64,000 bases of DNA from an uncultured Acidimicrobiales bacterium (GTDB lineage Bacteria > Actinomycetota > Acidimicrobiia > Acidimicrobiales > Poriferisodalaceae), in contig CAYRJD010000031.1 in assembly GCA_964424585.1 (NCBI GenBank), forward strand, positions 2,352 through 66,351, given 5' to 3'. Positions within the stretch are counted from its first letter, which is position 1. Every line of letters begins with the position of its first letter. Positions 55,797-64,000 of the stretch are shown here, in pieces. The position numbers and the translations under genes were made by a program. The notes below the pieces were generated by a model, which made no database searches, had not been told where the DNA came from, and was given only the letters and a program-made list of their open reading frames with translations.

Positions 55797-57034
55797 GCAG
55801 CCACCTAGGCGAAGCCGAACCCCAAGACGAAGCCAGCCCGCAACGCGAGCCCGCCCGCGACCTGCCCCTCTCGGGCACCACCGTGCTCGACCTGGGTCAG
55901 ATCTACCTGGGCCCCTACGCCAGCTTTCTCATGGCCACCTCGGGCGCTCGCGTCATCAAGGTCGAACCGCCCGAAGGCGAGCCGCTGCGCGGCAACAGCC
56001 ACTCGCTGCCGTATGCGCTGCTCAACGCCAGCAAGGAAGCCGTCACCCTCAACCTCAAGCACGACCGCGGGCGCGAGCTGCTTCTCACGCTGGCTCGCCA
56101 GGCAGACGTGCTGACGTGCAACTTCGCGCCGGGCGTGACGCAGCGTCTCGGCATCGACGCGCCCGCGATGTGGCAGGTCAACCCCGCGCTCGTCTACGCC
56201 CAAGCGACCGGCTTCGGCCTCGACGGCCCCGACGCTAACCGCACCGCGATGGACTTGACCGTGCAAGCGCACATGGGGCCGATGAGCGTGACCGGCTACC
56301 CCGACCGACCAGGAGTGAAAGCGGGCGTCGCGTTCATCGACATCTTGGGCGGCACGCACCTGTTCGCGGCGGTCGCCGCCGCGCTCGTCGAGGTCGCCCG
56401 CACCGGCGTCGGCCGGATGGTGGAAACGTCGATGGCCGAGTCGGCGTTCTTCACCCTCGCCACCTACCTCCAGCAGTGGCACACGAGCGACGACGGCGCG
56501 ACGCCGCGCGTCGCCAACAAGCACGCCACGCTCGGGCTGTCGCCCTACGACACCTACGAATGCGCGGACGGCTACGTCGCGCTGATCGTCATCTCCGACC
56601 GGCAGTGGCGCGCCGTGGCTGACGTGATCGGACGCGACGACCTCGCCGACGACGAGCGCTACGCGCGCAACCGCGCCCGCATCGCACGGGCCACAGAGGT
56701 CGACGCGCTGGTGACCGGCTGGACGAGCGAGCGGCCCAAAGCCGAGGTCGCCGCCGCGTTCGCAGCCGCCGGCGTGCCGGTCGCGCAGGTGCGCGACATC
56801 GACGAGGTCGTCCACGACCAGCACCTCACCGAGCGGGGCTTCATCAGCTGGGCGCAGCATCCCGAGATGGGTCGCATCCCGCGCGCGCAAAGCCCGATCC
56901 GGTGGCACGGCTCTGAGCTGCCGCCGCTGCGCTGGCACAGGCCGGTCGGCGCCGACAACGAAGCCATCTTCGGCGAGCTAGCGGGGCTCTCACCCGACGA
57001 GGTCGCCGCGCTCGCCAGCGAAGGCGTCATCTAG
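55793..57034 (+). CDS. family III CoA-transferase (CaiB/BaiF)
   Basis: LSGTTVLDLGQIYLGPYASFLMATSGARVIKVEPPEGEPLRG and AMDLTVQAHMGPMSVTG (Asp-containing active-site motif). GTG 55793 overlaps the ACAD stop (GTGA). The upstream part of the 648-aa track ORF is shadow. Confidence 0.85.
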   Translation: MSSHLGEAEPQDEASPQREPARDLPLSGTTVLDLGQIYLGPYASFLMATSGARVIKVEPPEGEPLRGNSHSLPYALLNASKEAVTLNLKHDRGRELLLTLARQADVLTCNFAPGVTQRLGIDAPAMWQVNPALVYAQATGFGLDGPDANRTAMDLTVQAHMGPMSVTGYPDRPGVKAGVAFIDILGGTHLFAAVAAALVEVARTGVGRMVETSMAESAFFTLATYLQQWHTSDDGATPRVANKHATLGLSPYDTYECADGYVALIVISDRQWRAVADVIGRDDLADDERYARNRARIARATEVDALVTGWTSERPKAEVAAAFAAAGVPVAQVRDIDEVVHDQHLTERGFISWAQHPEMGRIPRAQSPIRWHGSELPPLRWHRPVGADNEAIFGELAGLSPDEVAALASEGVI

Positions 57035-57730
57035 GGCCGCTTGGCGAGCCTCCACCGCGAGCCCCGCTTCGAGCGGCAAATCGTACGCGGCGCTCAAGCA
57101 CGCCCGCAGCGCGCGCCAGCGTCGGCGCGGCGTGGCTGCTAGCTGCGTCGCGAGTTCGCGCGCCCGGCGCTCTAGCTCGTCGCCATCCACCACTTCGGCG
57201 ACGATGCCGAGCCGGTGGGCTTCGGTGGCGGTGATGGTCTCCGCGGTGAGCACCAACGGCAGCGCCGCGCTCGGCCCGATGGCTCGCGTCAAGCTCTGCG
57301 TGCCGCCGGCCGCCGGCAGCATCCCGAGCTTGGTTTCCGGCAAGCCCAGCACCGCGTCGCTCGCGGCCAAGCGAATGTCGCACAGCAGCGACATCTCGAG
57401 GCCCGAGCCGAGCACGTGGCCGCGCAAAGCGGCGACGGTCGGCACACCCAACTCGGCCAGCGTCAGCCACGGGTCGCGCTGCCAGCGAATGCGCCGAGCT
57501 TCGATGACCGAGCTGGCCGAACCGAACTCGGCGAGGTCTGCGCCCGCGCTGAAGTAGCGCCCCGCCGCCAGCAGCAGCACGCACCTGGCTGAGGGCACGT
57601 CGCGCACGGCGGTCACCGCTTCGATGAGGGCGTCTCGCATCTGCAGGTCGTAGATGTTGAGCGGCGGATGATCGAGCGTGATGGTCGCCACGCCGTCGTC
57701 GCCGAAGGTGAGGTGCAGACGCTCTCCCAC
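56990..57730 (-). CDS. enoyl-CoA hydratase/isomerase family protein
   Basis: GVATITLDHPPLNIYDLQMRDALIEAV and FSAGADLAEF oxyanion motif. Start taken as GTG 57730, 8 nt after the upstream stop. Confidence 0.8.
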   Translation of the reverse strand: MGERLHLTFGDDGVATITLDHPPLNIYDLQMRDALIEAVTAVRDVPSARCVLLLAAGRYFSAGADLAEFGSASSVIEARRIRWQRDPWLTLAELGVPTVAALRGHVLGSGLEMSLLCDIRLAASDAVLGLPETKLGMLPAAGGTQSLTRAIGPSAALPLVLTAETITATEAHRLGIVAEVVDGDELERRARELATQLAATPRRRWRALRACLSAAYDLPLEAGLAVEARQAALDDAFAGERGDLVG

Positions 57731-57738
57731 GAGCCCGC

Positions 57739-58803
57739 CTAACGCCGCCGCGCCGATGCCAGCGCCGCGTGCACGAGCGGCGCGACCGCATCCGCGAGCG
57801 ACACACCGCAGGCGGTCGGACGCGCGCTCGTGAGCTGGTCGGCCGCGGTCGCCGCTGCTACGAGGCCAGCCAGCGGGTCGGGGTAGGAAAACTCGCACGG
57901 CTCCGGCTGAGCACCCAGCCAGCCCAGCCCGCTGGTGGCGTGCACGCCTGAGCCGTAGGCGATCCAGTCGGCCTCCGGCGCGTTTGGTTCGTACGCGGTG
58001 ATGGCGAGCGTGCGCATCGGGCGGCGCAGCTGGCTGGGCAACAAGCCGAGGTTCGCCAGCGCGCGGCGCGACATCGACGTCACCAACAAGTCGGCGGCGG
58101 CGAGGCAGTCGTCGAGCGCGCGCCGCTCATCTAGCTGCCGCAGGTCGAGCTCGACCACCTCTTTGTCTTCGTTGAGCTGACGAAAGTGCGCAGGCGAGCC
58201 GCGCAGCCCGTCTACTCGCACGTTCGACTCGACCTTGATGACGCGCGCCCCAGCTCGCGCCAGCAGCTGGGTGCACAGCGGCCCGGCCCACATCGAACTC
58301 AGATCGACGACCGTGACGTCGGCCAGCGATCGGCGCGGCGCGCCGAGCGGACGCGAGGTGTCGTCGAGCAGCGCGGCCGGCTCACTCGGTGCGCGCCCCG
58401 CGACCGGCGCGCTCAGCTGGCGATAAGGCGTAACCGCCAAGCGCCACTGCTGCGCTTCGGCCGCAGCGGCCTCAGCGTCGACGGGCTCGGCGTCGGTGGG
58501 TCCAGCAACATCGCCGTGTTCGGCACCGCTGGCCAGCGATCCGCAGAGGCGCTGCCAGGTGTCTTCATCGTCTGGGCCCAGATCGACGCACAGCGCGCCC
58601 TCGCCCCAGGGCACCGGCTCGGCGCGAACACCCAGCCCGCCCAGCCGCGCCGGCGCGTCCACCCAGTCGGCGACGTCGCCGACGACCGCGCCGAGCCGCG
58701 CCTCGACCCGCGCACCGAGCGCCTCGGCGTACTCCCACAACCCCGGCGGCAACGTGCCGCCGGTCGGCTCGCCCGTCGAGGGCCGAGGCTCGGTCAACGT
58801 CAT
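57739..58803 (-). CDS. family III CoA-transferase-like protein with unrelated ~150-aa N-terminal region
   Basis: VTVVDLSSMWAGPLCTQLLARAGARVIKVESNVRVDGLRG signature. The motif AYGSGVHATSGL has Gly where the catalytic Asp is expected. Confidence 0.7.
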   Translation of the reverse strand: MTLTEPRPSTGEPTGGTLPPGLWEYAEALGARVEARLGAVVGDVADWVDAPARLGGLGVRAEPVPWGEGALCVDLGPDDEDTWQRLCGSLASGAEHGDVAGPTDAEPVDAEAAAAEAQQWRLAVTPYRQLSAPVAGRAPSEPAALLDDTSRPLGAPRRSLADVTVVDLSSMWAGPLCTQLLARAGARVIKVESNVRVDGLRGSPAHFRQLNEDKEVVELDLRQLDERRALDDCLAAADLLVTSMSRRALANLGLLPSQLRRPMRTLAITAYEPNAPEADWIAYGSGVHATSGLGWLGAQPEPCEFSYPDPLAGLVAAATAADQLTSARPTACGVSLADAVAPLVHAALASARRR

Positions 58804-59597
58804 CGGCCAGCGAAGTCGGGGGGTCGCTTGTCGAAGAACGCGGCCAGCCCTTCGGCGCGGTCGTGCGTGCTGGCGAGCAGACCGTTGAGGTCGCCCTCTA
58901 GCCGCAGCCCCTCGCGCAGCGACATCTCGGCGCCGCGGTGCACGGCTTCTTTGGCCAGCTCGAGCGCCAGCGGGCCGCGCTCAGCGAGCGAGCCGCACAG
59001 TTGCGCGGCGCCCGCTGCGAGCGCCTCGTGGCCCTCGAACACCTCGTGCACCAAGCCCCACTGCTTCGCCGTCGCCGCCTCGAGCGTGCTGCTGAGCATC
59101 AGCATCGACGTGGCACGCGCGTGGCCCACCGCCCGAGGCAGACGCTGCGTTCCGCCCCACGACGGAAACGCTCCGTCGCCGCTCGCGTCTAGCGCGAACA
59201 CGGCGTCCGCGCGCGCGAGCCGAACGTCGCACGCCAGCGCGATCTCGAGGCCCACTCCGCAGCACGCGCCGCCGATAGCCGCGACGACCGGCACCCGCAG
59301 CGCGGCGATGGCGTCGGTCGGGCTGGGCCCGTCGCCAGGCAGAGCTAGGTCTTTTGCGGCTCCGTCGCAGAAATCGCCGTCGGGCGCGTCCACCAGCACG
59401 ACCCGATAGTCGCGCTCTTCGCGCAGCGCCGATGCCGCAGCAGCGAGTTCACGCGCGCCGGATGCGCTGAGCGGCCCACCAGCGAGCCGCAGCCGCGCCA
59501 CCGCACCGGCGCCGCGGTCGTCGCCAGCGGCTCGGCTACTCAGTCGGCTGACTTGGTCTTCTTCGGCTCCTGGAGAGCCATGTCTTTGCCGTTGCAC
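58800..59597 (-). CDS. enoyl-CoA hydratase/isomerase family protein
   Basis: VVLVDAPDGDFCDGA, VVAAIGGACCGVGLEIALACDVRLA and AEGLAAFFDKRPPDF. The start is uncertain: ATG 59597 overlaps the upstream small ORF by 58 nt, and GTG near 59490 is an alternative. Confidence 0.7.
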   Translation of the reverse strand: MQRQRHGSPGAEEDQVSRLSSRAAGDDRGAGAVARLRLAGGPLSASGARELAAAASALREERDYRVVLVDAPDGDFCDGAAKDLALPGDGPSPTDAIAALRVPVVAAIGGACCGVGLEIALACDVRLARADAVFALDASGDGAFPSWGGTQRLPRAVGHARATSMLMLSSTLEAATAKQWGLVHEVFEGHEALAAGAAQLCGSLAERGPLALELAKEAVHRGAEMSLREGLRLEGDLNGLLASTHDRAEGLAAFFDKRPPDFAGR

Positions 59598-59782
59598 TGC
59601 AACGTGACCTGTCCCGGCTTGGTCACCAGCACCTCGATGCCGGTGGCTTCGTCTTGGTAGCGCTTGCCGACCATCACGCCGTCGCCACCGCCCGACGCGC
59701 TGATGTCGCCGTCGCCGCCCTTGGTGACGATGACCTGCACGCCCTCGTCAAGATCCAACCGCTCGCCTGCCGTGGTTGCCAC
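59540..59782 (-). CDS. small hypothetical protein (possibly a Cys-depleted desulforedoxin-like fold)
   Basis: 80 aa. VGKRYQDEATGIEVLVTKPGQVTLQCNGKDMAL resembles actinobacterial GKRYxCxxCGxEVLCTK small proteins, but only one Cys is retained. Confidence 0.45.
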   Translation of the reverse strand: MATTAGERLDLDEGVQVIVTKGGDGDISASGGGDGVMVGKRYQDEATGIEVLVTKPGQVTLQCNGKDMALQEPKKTKSAD

Positions 59783-59945
59783 TTACGCATACCCCCTTGT
59801 GGTGTTGTCCGATGACGAGCCGCTACTCGTCGCGTTGTCGGTGCGACACAGGCTAACGCCCGCCGCCGCAGACACTTCGTCAAACCCAACCCGCCGCCCT
59901 GACCCAGCCGCCCTGATCTCGCCTCGCTCACCTAGTCTCGCAGCC

Positions 59946-60902
59946 GTGACACTTGAACCTCAAGCGGCCAAGTTGCTGAGCCGCATCGAAGCGCTCGGAC
60001 TACCGGAGTTCGAAACGGTGGGCCACGAACGAGCCAGAACGGGCTTTGCGAGCCGTCCGCCCGCCGGGCATCTCGTCGAGGTCGCAGCGGTGAGCGACGA
60101 CAGCTTCGCCAGCGCAGACGGCAACGACGTAGCCGTGCGCGTCTACACGCCAACCCAAGCGGCGCACCGCGTGCCGCTCGGCGGTTTCGGGTGTCTCATC
60201 TACTTCCACGGCGGCGGCTGGGTGGTCGGCAGCATCGAAACGCACGACCGGGTGTGTCGAGCGCTCACCGAGCTGGCCGGCGTGGTGACCGTGTCGGTCG
60301 ACTACCGCCTGGCTCCCGAGCACAAGTTTCCTGCCCCTGCCGAAGACTGCTACGCCGCGGTCGTCTGGGCGCACGACAACGCCGAGCGGCTCGGCATCGA
60401 CGCGGCCAAGCTGGCTGTGGGCGGCGACTCAGCGGGCGGCAACCTGGCCGCGGCGGTCGCGCTGATGTGTCGCGACCGAGGCGGCCCGGCACTTGCGCAC
60501 CAGATGCTGATCTACCCGGTCACCGACTTCGACCGCACGACGTCGTCGATGCGCGCCAACGCCGAAGGCTTCTTGCTCACCCGCACGACCATGAGCTGGT
60601 TCGACGATCACTACCTGGCGACCGACGACGACGCGAACAACCCGTACGCCGCGCCGCTCGCGTGCGACGACCTGTCCGGGCTCGCACCCGCTGTGGTCAT
60701 AGTGGCTGGCCACGACCCGCTGCGCGACGAAGGCGTCGCGTACGCGCAGCGGCTCAGCGCCGCGCAGGTGCCCACGACGCTGGTCGAATACCCGGGGCAG
60801 TTTCACGGGTTCTTCACGATGACGAAGTTCCTCGACCAAGCGGTTCAGGCTCAGTCGCTCGCGGCTGCGCTGCTGTCGGCCCAGCTAGGTGCGACCGGCT
60901 AG
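59946..60902 (+). CDS. alpha/beta hydrolase, hormone-sensitive-lipase-type esterase
   Basis: HGGGW oxyanion motif, GDSAGGNLA nucleophile elbow and DPLRDEG...H triad context. Start GTG 59946; upstream track ORF residues are shadow. Confidence 0.85.
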   Translation: MTLEPQAAKLLSRIEALGLPEFETVGHERARTGFASRPPAGHLVEVAAVSDDSFASADGNDVAVRVYTPTQAAHRVPLGGFGCLIYFHGGGWVVGSIETHDRVCRALTELAGVVTVSVDYRLAPEHKFPAPAEDCYAAVVWAHDNAERLGIDAAKLAVGGDSAGGNLAAAVALMCRDRGGPALAHQMLIYPVTDFDRTTSSMRANAEGFLLTRTTMSWFDDHYLATDDDANNPYAAPLACDDLSGLAPAVVIVAGHDPLRDEGVAYAQRLSAAQVPTTLVEYPGQFHGFFTMTKFLDQAVQAQSLAAALLSAQLGATG

Positions 60903-60912
60903 TCGCGACCAG

Positions 60913-63378
60913 TTAGCTGAGCGCGCCGGCGTCGCGCAAGCTGGCGACCTCAGCTGCGTCTAGCCCGAGGTAGTCGCGCAGCACCTCATCGGTGTGCTGC
61001 CCCAGCGTCGGCGCGGGCGACGCGACGCCGTTGGGCCCGTCGTGCGCGATCCACGGCACGCCGATGTGCGCCATCGGCCCGACCACCGGATGCTCGAGCC
61101 GTTCGATGACGCCGCGAGCAGCCAAGTGCGGGTCGCGCTCAAGCTCGACCGCGCTGAGCGAACCGAACGCCGCGACGCCGACGGCCTGCAGCGTCTTCGT
61201 GGCTTCGGTCATGTCTCGGCTCGCCGTCCACGCGCCGATGAGGGCTTCGAGTTCGTCTTCGTGCGCCTTGCGCCCCGCGAGCGTCGCGAACCGGCCGTCG
61301 TCGGCGAGGCCCTCCGCCTCCTCGGCCAGCACGCTGGCGAGCGCGCGCCACTGCTCCTCGCTCGCGCACGAGATCGCGACCCACTTGTCGTCGCCCGCGC
61401 AACGAAACACGCCGTGCGGGCACATCTGCGGGTCGCGGTTGCCGTTGCGCTCTGGCTGGCTGCCGGCTATCAGCCACTCCATCCACCCCTCCGCGACGCA
61501 GGCGGTGGTGGCCTCCCACAGCGACGTGTCGACCAGCTGCCCCTCGCCGGTGTGCCGGCGCGCCATCAGCGCGGCCACCAAGCCGAACGTCGTCGTAATG
61601 CCCGCTGCCGGGTCGCCGAGCGACACGCCGATCTCTTCGGGCTCGCCGTCGACGTAGCCGGTCATCGACGCGAGCCCCGACAGCGGCGCCATCGCCGGGC
61701 CGTAGCCCATGTAGTTGCGATACGGCCCGGTGTGGCCGTAGCCGCTGATGACGCCGACGATGACGTCGGGGCGCTCCGCGGCCAGCGCCTCGTAGCTGAG
61801 CCCCCAGCTCTCCATCACGCCGTAGGCGTAGTTCGACAGCACCGCGTCGGCTTTGAGCGCGACGCGTTTGGCGAGCGCCCGCCCTTCGGGGTGGCTCATG
61901 TCGATGCTGACGCTCTTCTTGCCTTGCGCCCACTGGTTGAAGTAGCCGTTGGTGTCGAGCGTTTGCGGATGGTGCACCGAGTGCAGCGGCAGGCGGCGGC
62001 CGAGGTCTGGCCGCACCGACGACTCGATCTTGAGCACCTGCGCGCCGAGGTGCGCCAGGTAGAGCGAGCAGTACGGGCCCGCCCAGACCCACGAGAAGTC
62101 CGCGATGGTGATGCCTTCGAGCGGCCGGGTCGCGGGCGTCGATGCGTGGCGACTGGCTGACGCGTCGCTCGCGCCCGCTCGCGCTCGCGCGAAGCCGCAG
62201 CCGGCGTCGGCATCTAGCGCGGGCGCTGCTCGGCGCAGACACCACCACGGGTTGCCCAACCTGCTCGGCGGGCCGGGCACCGTGATCTCACCGAGCCCTG
62301 GCTGGTCGAACGAGGCCAGAAACCCACGCTCTGCCAAATGCTCGTCGACCGCCATCTGGCTGATCGTGTTGACCGGCGCGAACGCGATGCGCTCGGCTTG
62401 GCCTGCGTGAAACAGATCGCTCACCCGCTGGTCGGACGTCCACTCGCCCAGCCACAGGTGCAGCAAGTCGGCGTTGTCGAAGCGTGCGTCGAGCGTCTCA
62501 AAGATCTCCATGTCGGCCCACTCGGGGCGACCCATCAGGTCTTTGAGGCGCTCCCACTGGTCGGCCTCTACGCAGACGACGAAGATGCGGCCATCCGCGC
62601 ACCGCAGCATCCGCCACGGGTTGATGACGCGCGCGCCCAGACGGCTGGGCACGTCGCCGGTGTAGGGGTAGGTGAGAAAGCCTGCCTCGAGCATTCCCGC
62701 GACGTACGCCATCTGGGCGAAGTCGAGGTGCTCGCCGCGTCCGGTGCGTTGGGCTCGGTCGGCGGCTGCGACGCCCGCTGCGGCCGCGGCCATGCCGCAC
62801 TGGAAGGCGGCCTGGTGTCCGTGCGGCTTGAGCGGCGGCAACTCCGCGTCGTCGATGCAGCCTGGCGACAGCCAGCCCCAGCCGCCGGCGTTGAGCACGG
62901 TCAGCTCTTCGGCCGCGTAGCTGGCGTACGGGCCGGTCTGTCCGAACGGCGTGATGGCGACCGACACGAGGTGCGGATGTCGGGCGCGCAGATCGGGCGC
63001 GGCGAGGCCAACCGCAGCGGCCGTCGGGCCGTCGGTGTCGTAGAAGAACAGGTCGGCGTCGGCTAACAACTCGTCTAGTCGCGCCCGCCCGGCAGCGGTG
63101 GCGACGTCTGCGACGACCGACCGCTTGTTGGCGTTCAGGTAGACGAACAGCCCGCTGGTCGGCTCGGCGGCTTCGCAGTCGGGCAACGCTCGCGCGTCGC
63201 CGTCGCCCTCGACCATCGCTCGTCGGGTCGGAGGAAACGGCCCTCGTCGTCGCGCCCGGTCGCCAGCTGGCGGCTCGACCTTGACGACGTCTGCGCCCAA
63301 GTCTGCGACCAGCTTCGCGGCCCACGGCGCGGCCACCATCTGGCCCAGCTCGACGACGTTGAGGCCCTCTAGCCCCAA
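60913..63378 (-). CDS. tandem fusion of two complete family III CoA-transferase units
   Basis: 821 aa. Unit 1 starts LEGLNVVELGQMVAAPWAAKLVADLGADVVKVEPPAGD. Unit 2 (about residue 405) starts LEGITIADFSWVWAGPYCSLYLAHLGAQVLKIESSVRPD. Each unit is ~400 aa, the normal monomer length. Confidence 0.8.
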   Translation of the reverse strand: MGLEGLNVVELGQMVAAPWAAKLVADLGADVVKVEPPAGDRARRRGPFPPTRRAMVEGDGDARALPDCEAAEPTSGLFVYLNANKRSVVADVATAAGRARLDELLADADLFFYDTDGPTAAAVGLAAPDLRARHPHLVSVAITPFGQTGPYASYAAEELTVLNAGGWGWLSPGCIDDAELPPLKPHGHQAAFQCGMAAAAAGVAAADRAQRTGRGEHLDFAQMAYVAGMLEAGFLTYPYTGDVPSRLGARVINPWRMLRCADGRIFVVCVEADQWERLKDLMGRPEWADMEIFETLDARFDNADLLHLWLGEWTSDQRVSDLFHAGQAERIAFAPVNTISQMAVDEHLAERGFLASFDQPGLGEITVPGPPSRLGNPWWCLRRAAPALDADAGCGFARARAGASDASASRHASTPATRPLEGITIADFSWVWAGPYCSLYLAHLGAQVLKIESSVRPDLGRRLPLHSVHHPQTLDTNGYFNQWAQGKKSVSIDMSHPEGRALAKRVALKADAVLSNYAYGVMESWGLSYEALAAERPDVIVGVISGYGHTGPYRNYMGYGPAMAPLSGLASMTGYVDGEPEEIGVSLGDPAAGITTTFGLVAALMARRHTGEGQLVDTSLWEATTACVAEGWMEWLIAGSQPERNGNRDPQMCPHGVFRCAGDDKWVAISCASEEQWRALASVLAEEAEGLADDGRFATLAGRKAHEDELEALIGAWTASRDMTEATKTLQAVGVAAFGSLSAVELERDPHLAARGVIERLEHPVVGPMAHIGVPWIAHDGPNGVASPAPTLGQHTDEVLRDYLGLDAAEVASLRDAGALS

Positions 63379-63382
63379 AGCT

Positions 63383-63604
63383 CTAGTCGGATTCGTGCTT
63401 GAAGCTGAGCCGCACCTTGGTGCGATACGCGGTGATCTTTCCGTCGTCGATGACGACGTCTTGCTCGATCACCTCGGCGACGCGGAGGTCGGAAAGCGAC
63501 TTCGACGCCTCCTGAACCGCGTTCGACGTGGCTTGTTCCCACGACACGTCGCTGGTGCCGATCAACTCGATGACGTTGTAGACGCTGCTCACTGGATGCT
63601 CCAT
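63383..63604 (-). CDS. dodecin family flavin-binding protein
   Basis: MEHPVSSVYNVIELIGTSDVSWEQATSNAVQEASKSLSDLRVAEVIEQDVVIDDGKITAYRTKVRLSFK fits the dodecin pattern. 73 aa. Confidence 0.85.
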   Translation of the reverse strand: MEHPVSSVYNVIELIGTSDVSWEQATSNAVQEASKSLSDLRVAEVIEQDVVIDDGKITAYRTKVRLSFKHESD

Positions 63605-63688
63605 TCCTTTCCTGCGTGACCTACAGTTGGCACGCGAGACTGCCCGCTAAGCGCCGCATCCTAACCGACCGCCGCATAGGAGACTCAA

Positions 63689-64000
63689 GTGTTCGAAGCG
63701 CCTACCTCAATGAGCTACGCCGTGGAACGAGTGTTGACGCTCGTGGCCACGTCCGAGACGTCTTGGGAAGACGCCGCCCAGCGGTGCGTCACCGAGACCT
63801 ACAAGACCAACCGCGACCTGCGGGTCGCGCACGTGCTCGAACAAGACGTGATGCTGCGCGACGGCAACATCGTGCTCTACCGCATCAAGCTCGGGGTGAC
63901 GTTCCGCATCGACCGGCACCGCCCGCCGGCCGCGCCGGGCGAGCCCGACATCGAGGTCAGCCGGTGGCTGGTGGTGACCAACCAGACGCTCGGCAAGGGC
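63689..64000 (+). CDS. dodecin-like domain protein with C-terminal extension (runs off the right edge)
   Basis: Hand translation: VFEAPTSMSYAVERVLTLVATSETSWEDAAQRCVTETYKTNRDLRVAHVLEQDVMLRDGNIVLYRIKLGVTFRIDRH... continuing open to 64000. AGGAGA lies 5 nt before GTG 63689. Not in the track because no stop lies in the window. Confidence 0.6.
   Translation, partial: MFEAPTSMSYAVERVLTLVATSETSWEDAAQRCVTETYKTNRDLRVAHVLEQDVMLRDGNIVLYRIKLGVTFRIDRHRPPAAPGEPDIEVSRWLVVTNQTLGKG

Noticed and set aside
55088-57034. 648-aa ORF spanning the ACAD and CoA-transferase genes, with similar shadows at 54279-55796 and 59664-60902
   Set aside because: The upstream portions are Arg/His/Pro-rich shadows of the neighbouring genes. 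The real starts are at overlaps or SD-preceded codons (55793, 54630, 59946).

Overview
High-GC (about 70-78% in hand-counted lines) Actinomycetota-type chromosomal segment, densely coding on both strands. Many long ORFs in the track are antisense or out-of-frame shadows. (1) 1-16.7 kb is conserved housekeeping synteny: mfd (partial, absent from the track), pth, rplY/ctc, prs, a GlmU-like uridyltransferase-only gene, tRNA-Gln, ispE-rsmA-tatD-metG, rsmI and ychF. The actinobacterial micro-ribosomal protein genes bS22 and bL37 are also present. (2) 16.7-47.7 kb holds acyl-CoA/lipid metabolism genes, an MBOAT plus two SGNH O-acylation cluster, an AdnAB/AddAB-like helicase-nuclease pair, sodA, a Fic plus AAA/STAND-ATPase accessory module and dapD. 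(3) 54.2-64 kb is again acyl-CoA metabolism, with a striking expansion of family III CoA-transferases, including an 821-aa tandem double-domain fusion, and a divergent dodecin pair. The most interesting region is a compositionally foreign ~6.5 kb insert (47.7-54.2 kb) between dapD and an ACAD operon. It carries a tightly coupled three-gene minus-strand operon led by a GHKL (MutL/Hsp90/MORC-like) ATPase with two unrecognisable partners. Downstream lie a ~1 kb stretch with no credible ORF and a very AT-rich 488-aa gene that appears to contain two Mrr_N-like winged-helix modules. I propose this as a candidate uncharacterised defence/conflict system. Other notable items are a diverged tandem duplication of a small double-CPxCG zinc-ribbon gene that carried along a fragment of the convergent rsmI gene, and several short repeat or palindrome elements. 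No rRNA, CRISPR array, transposase or integrase could be supported.
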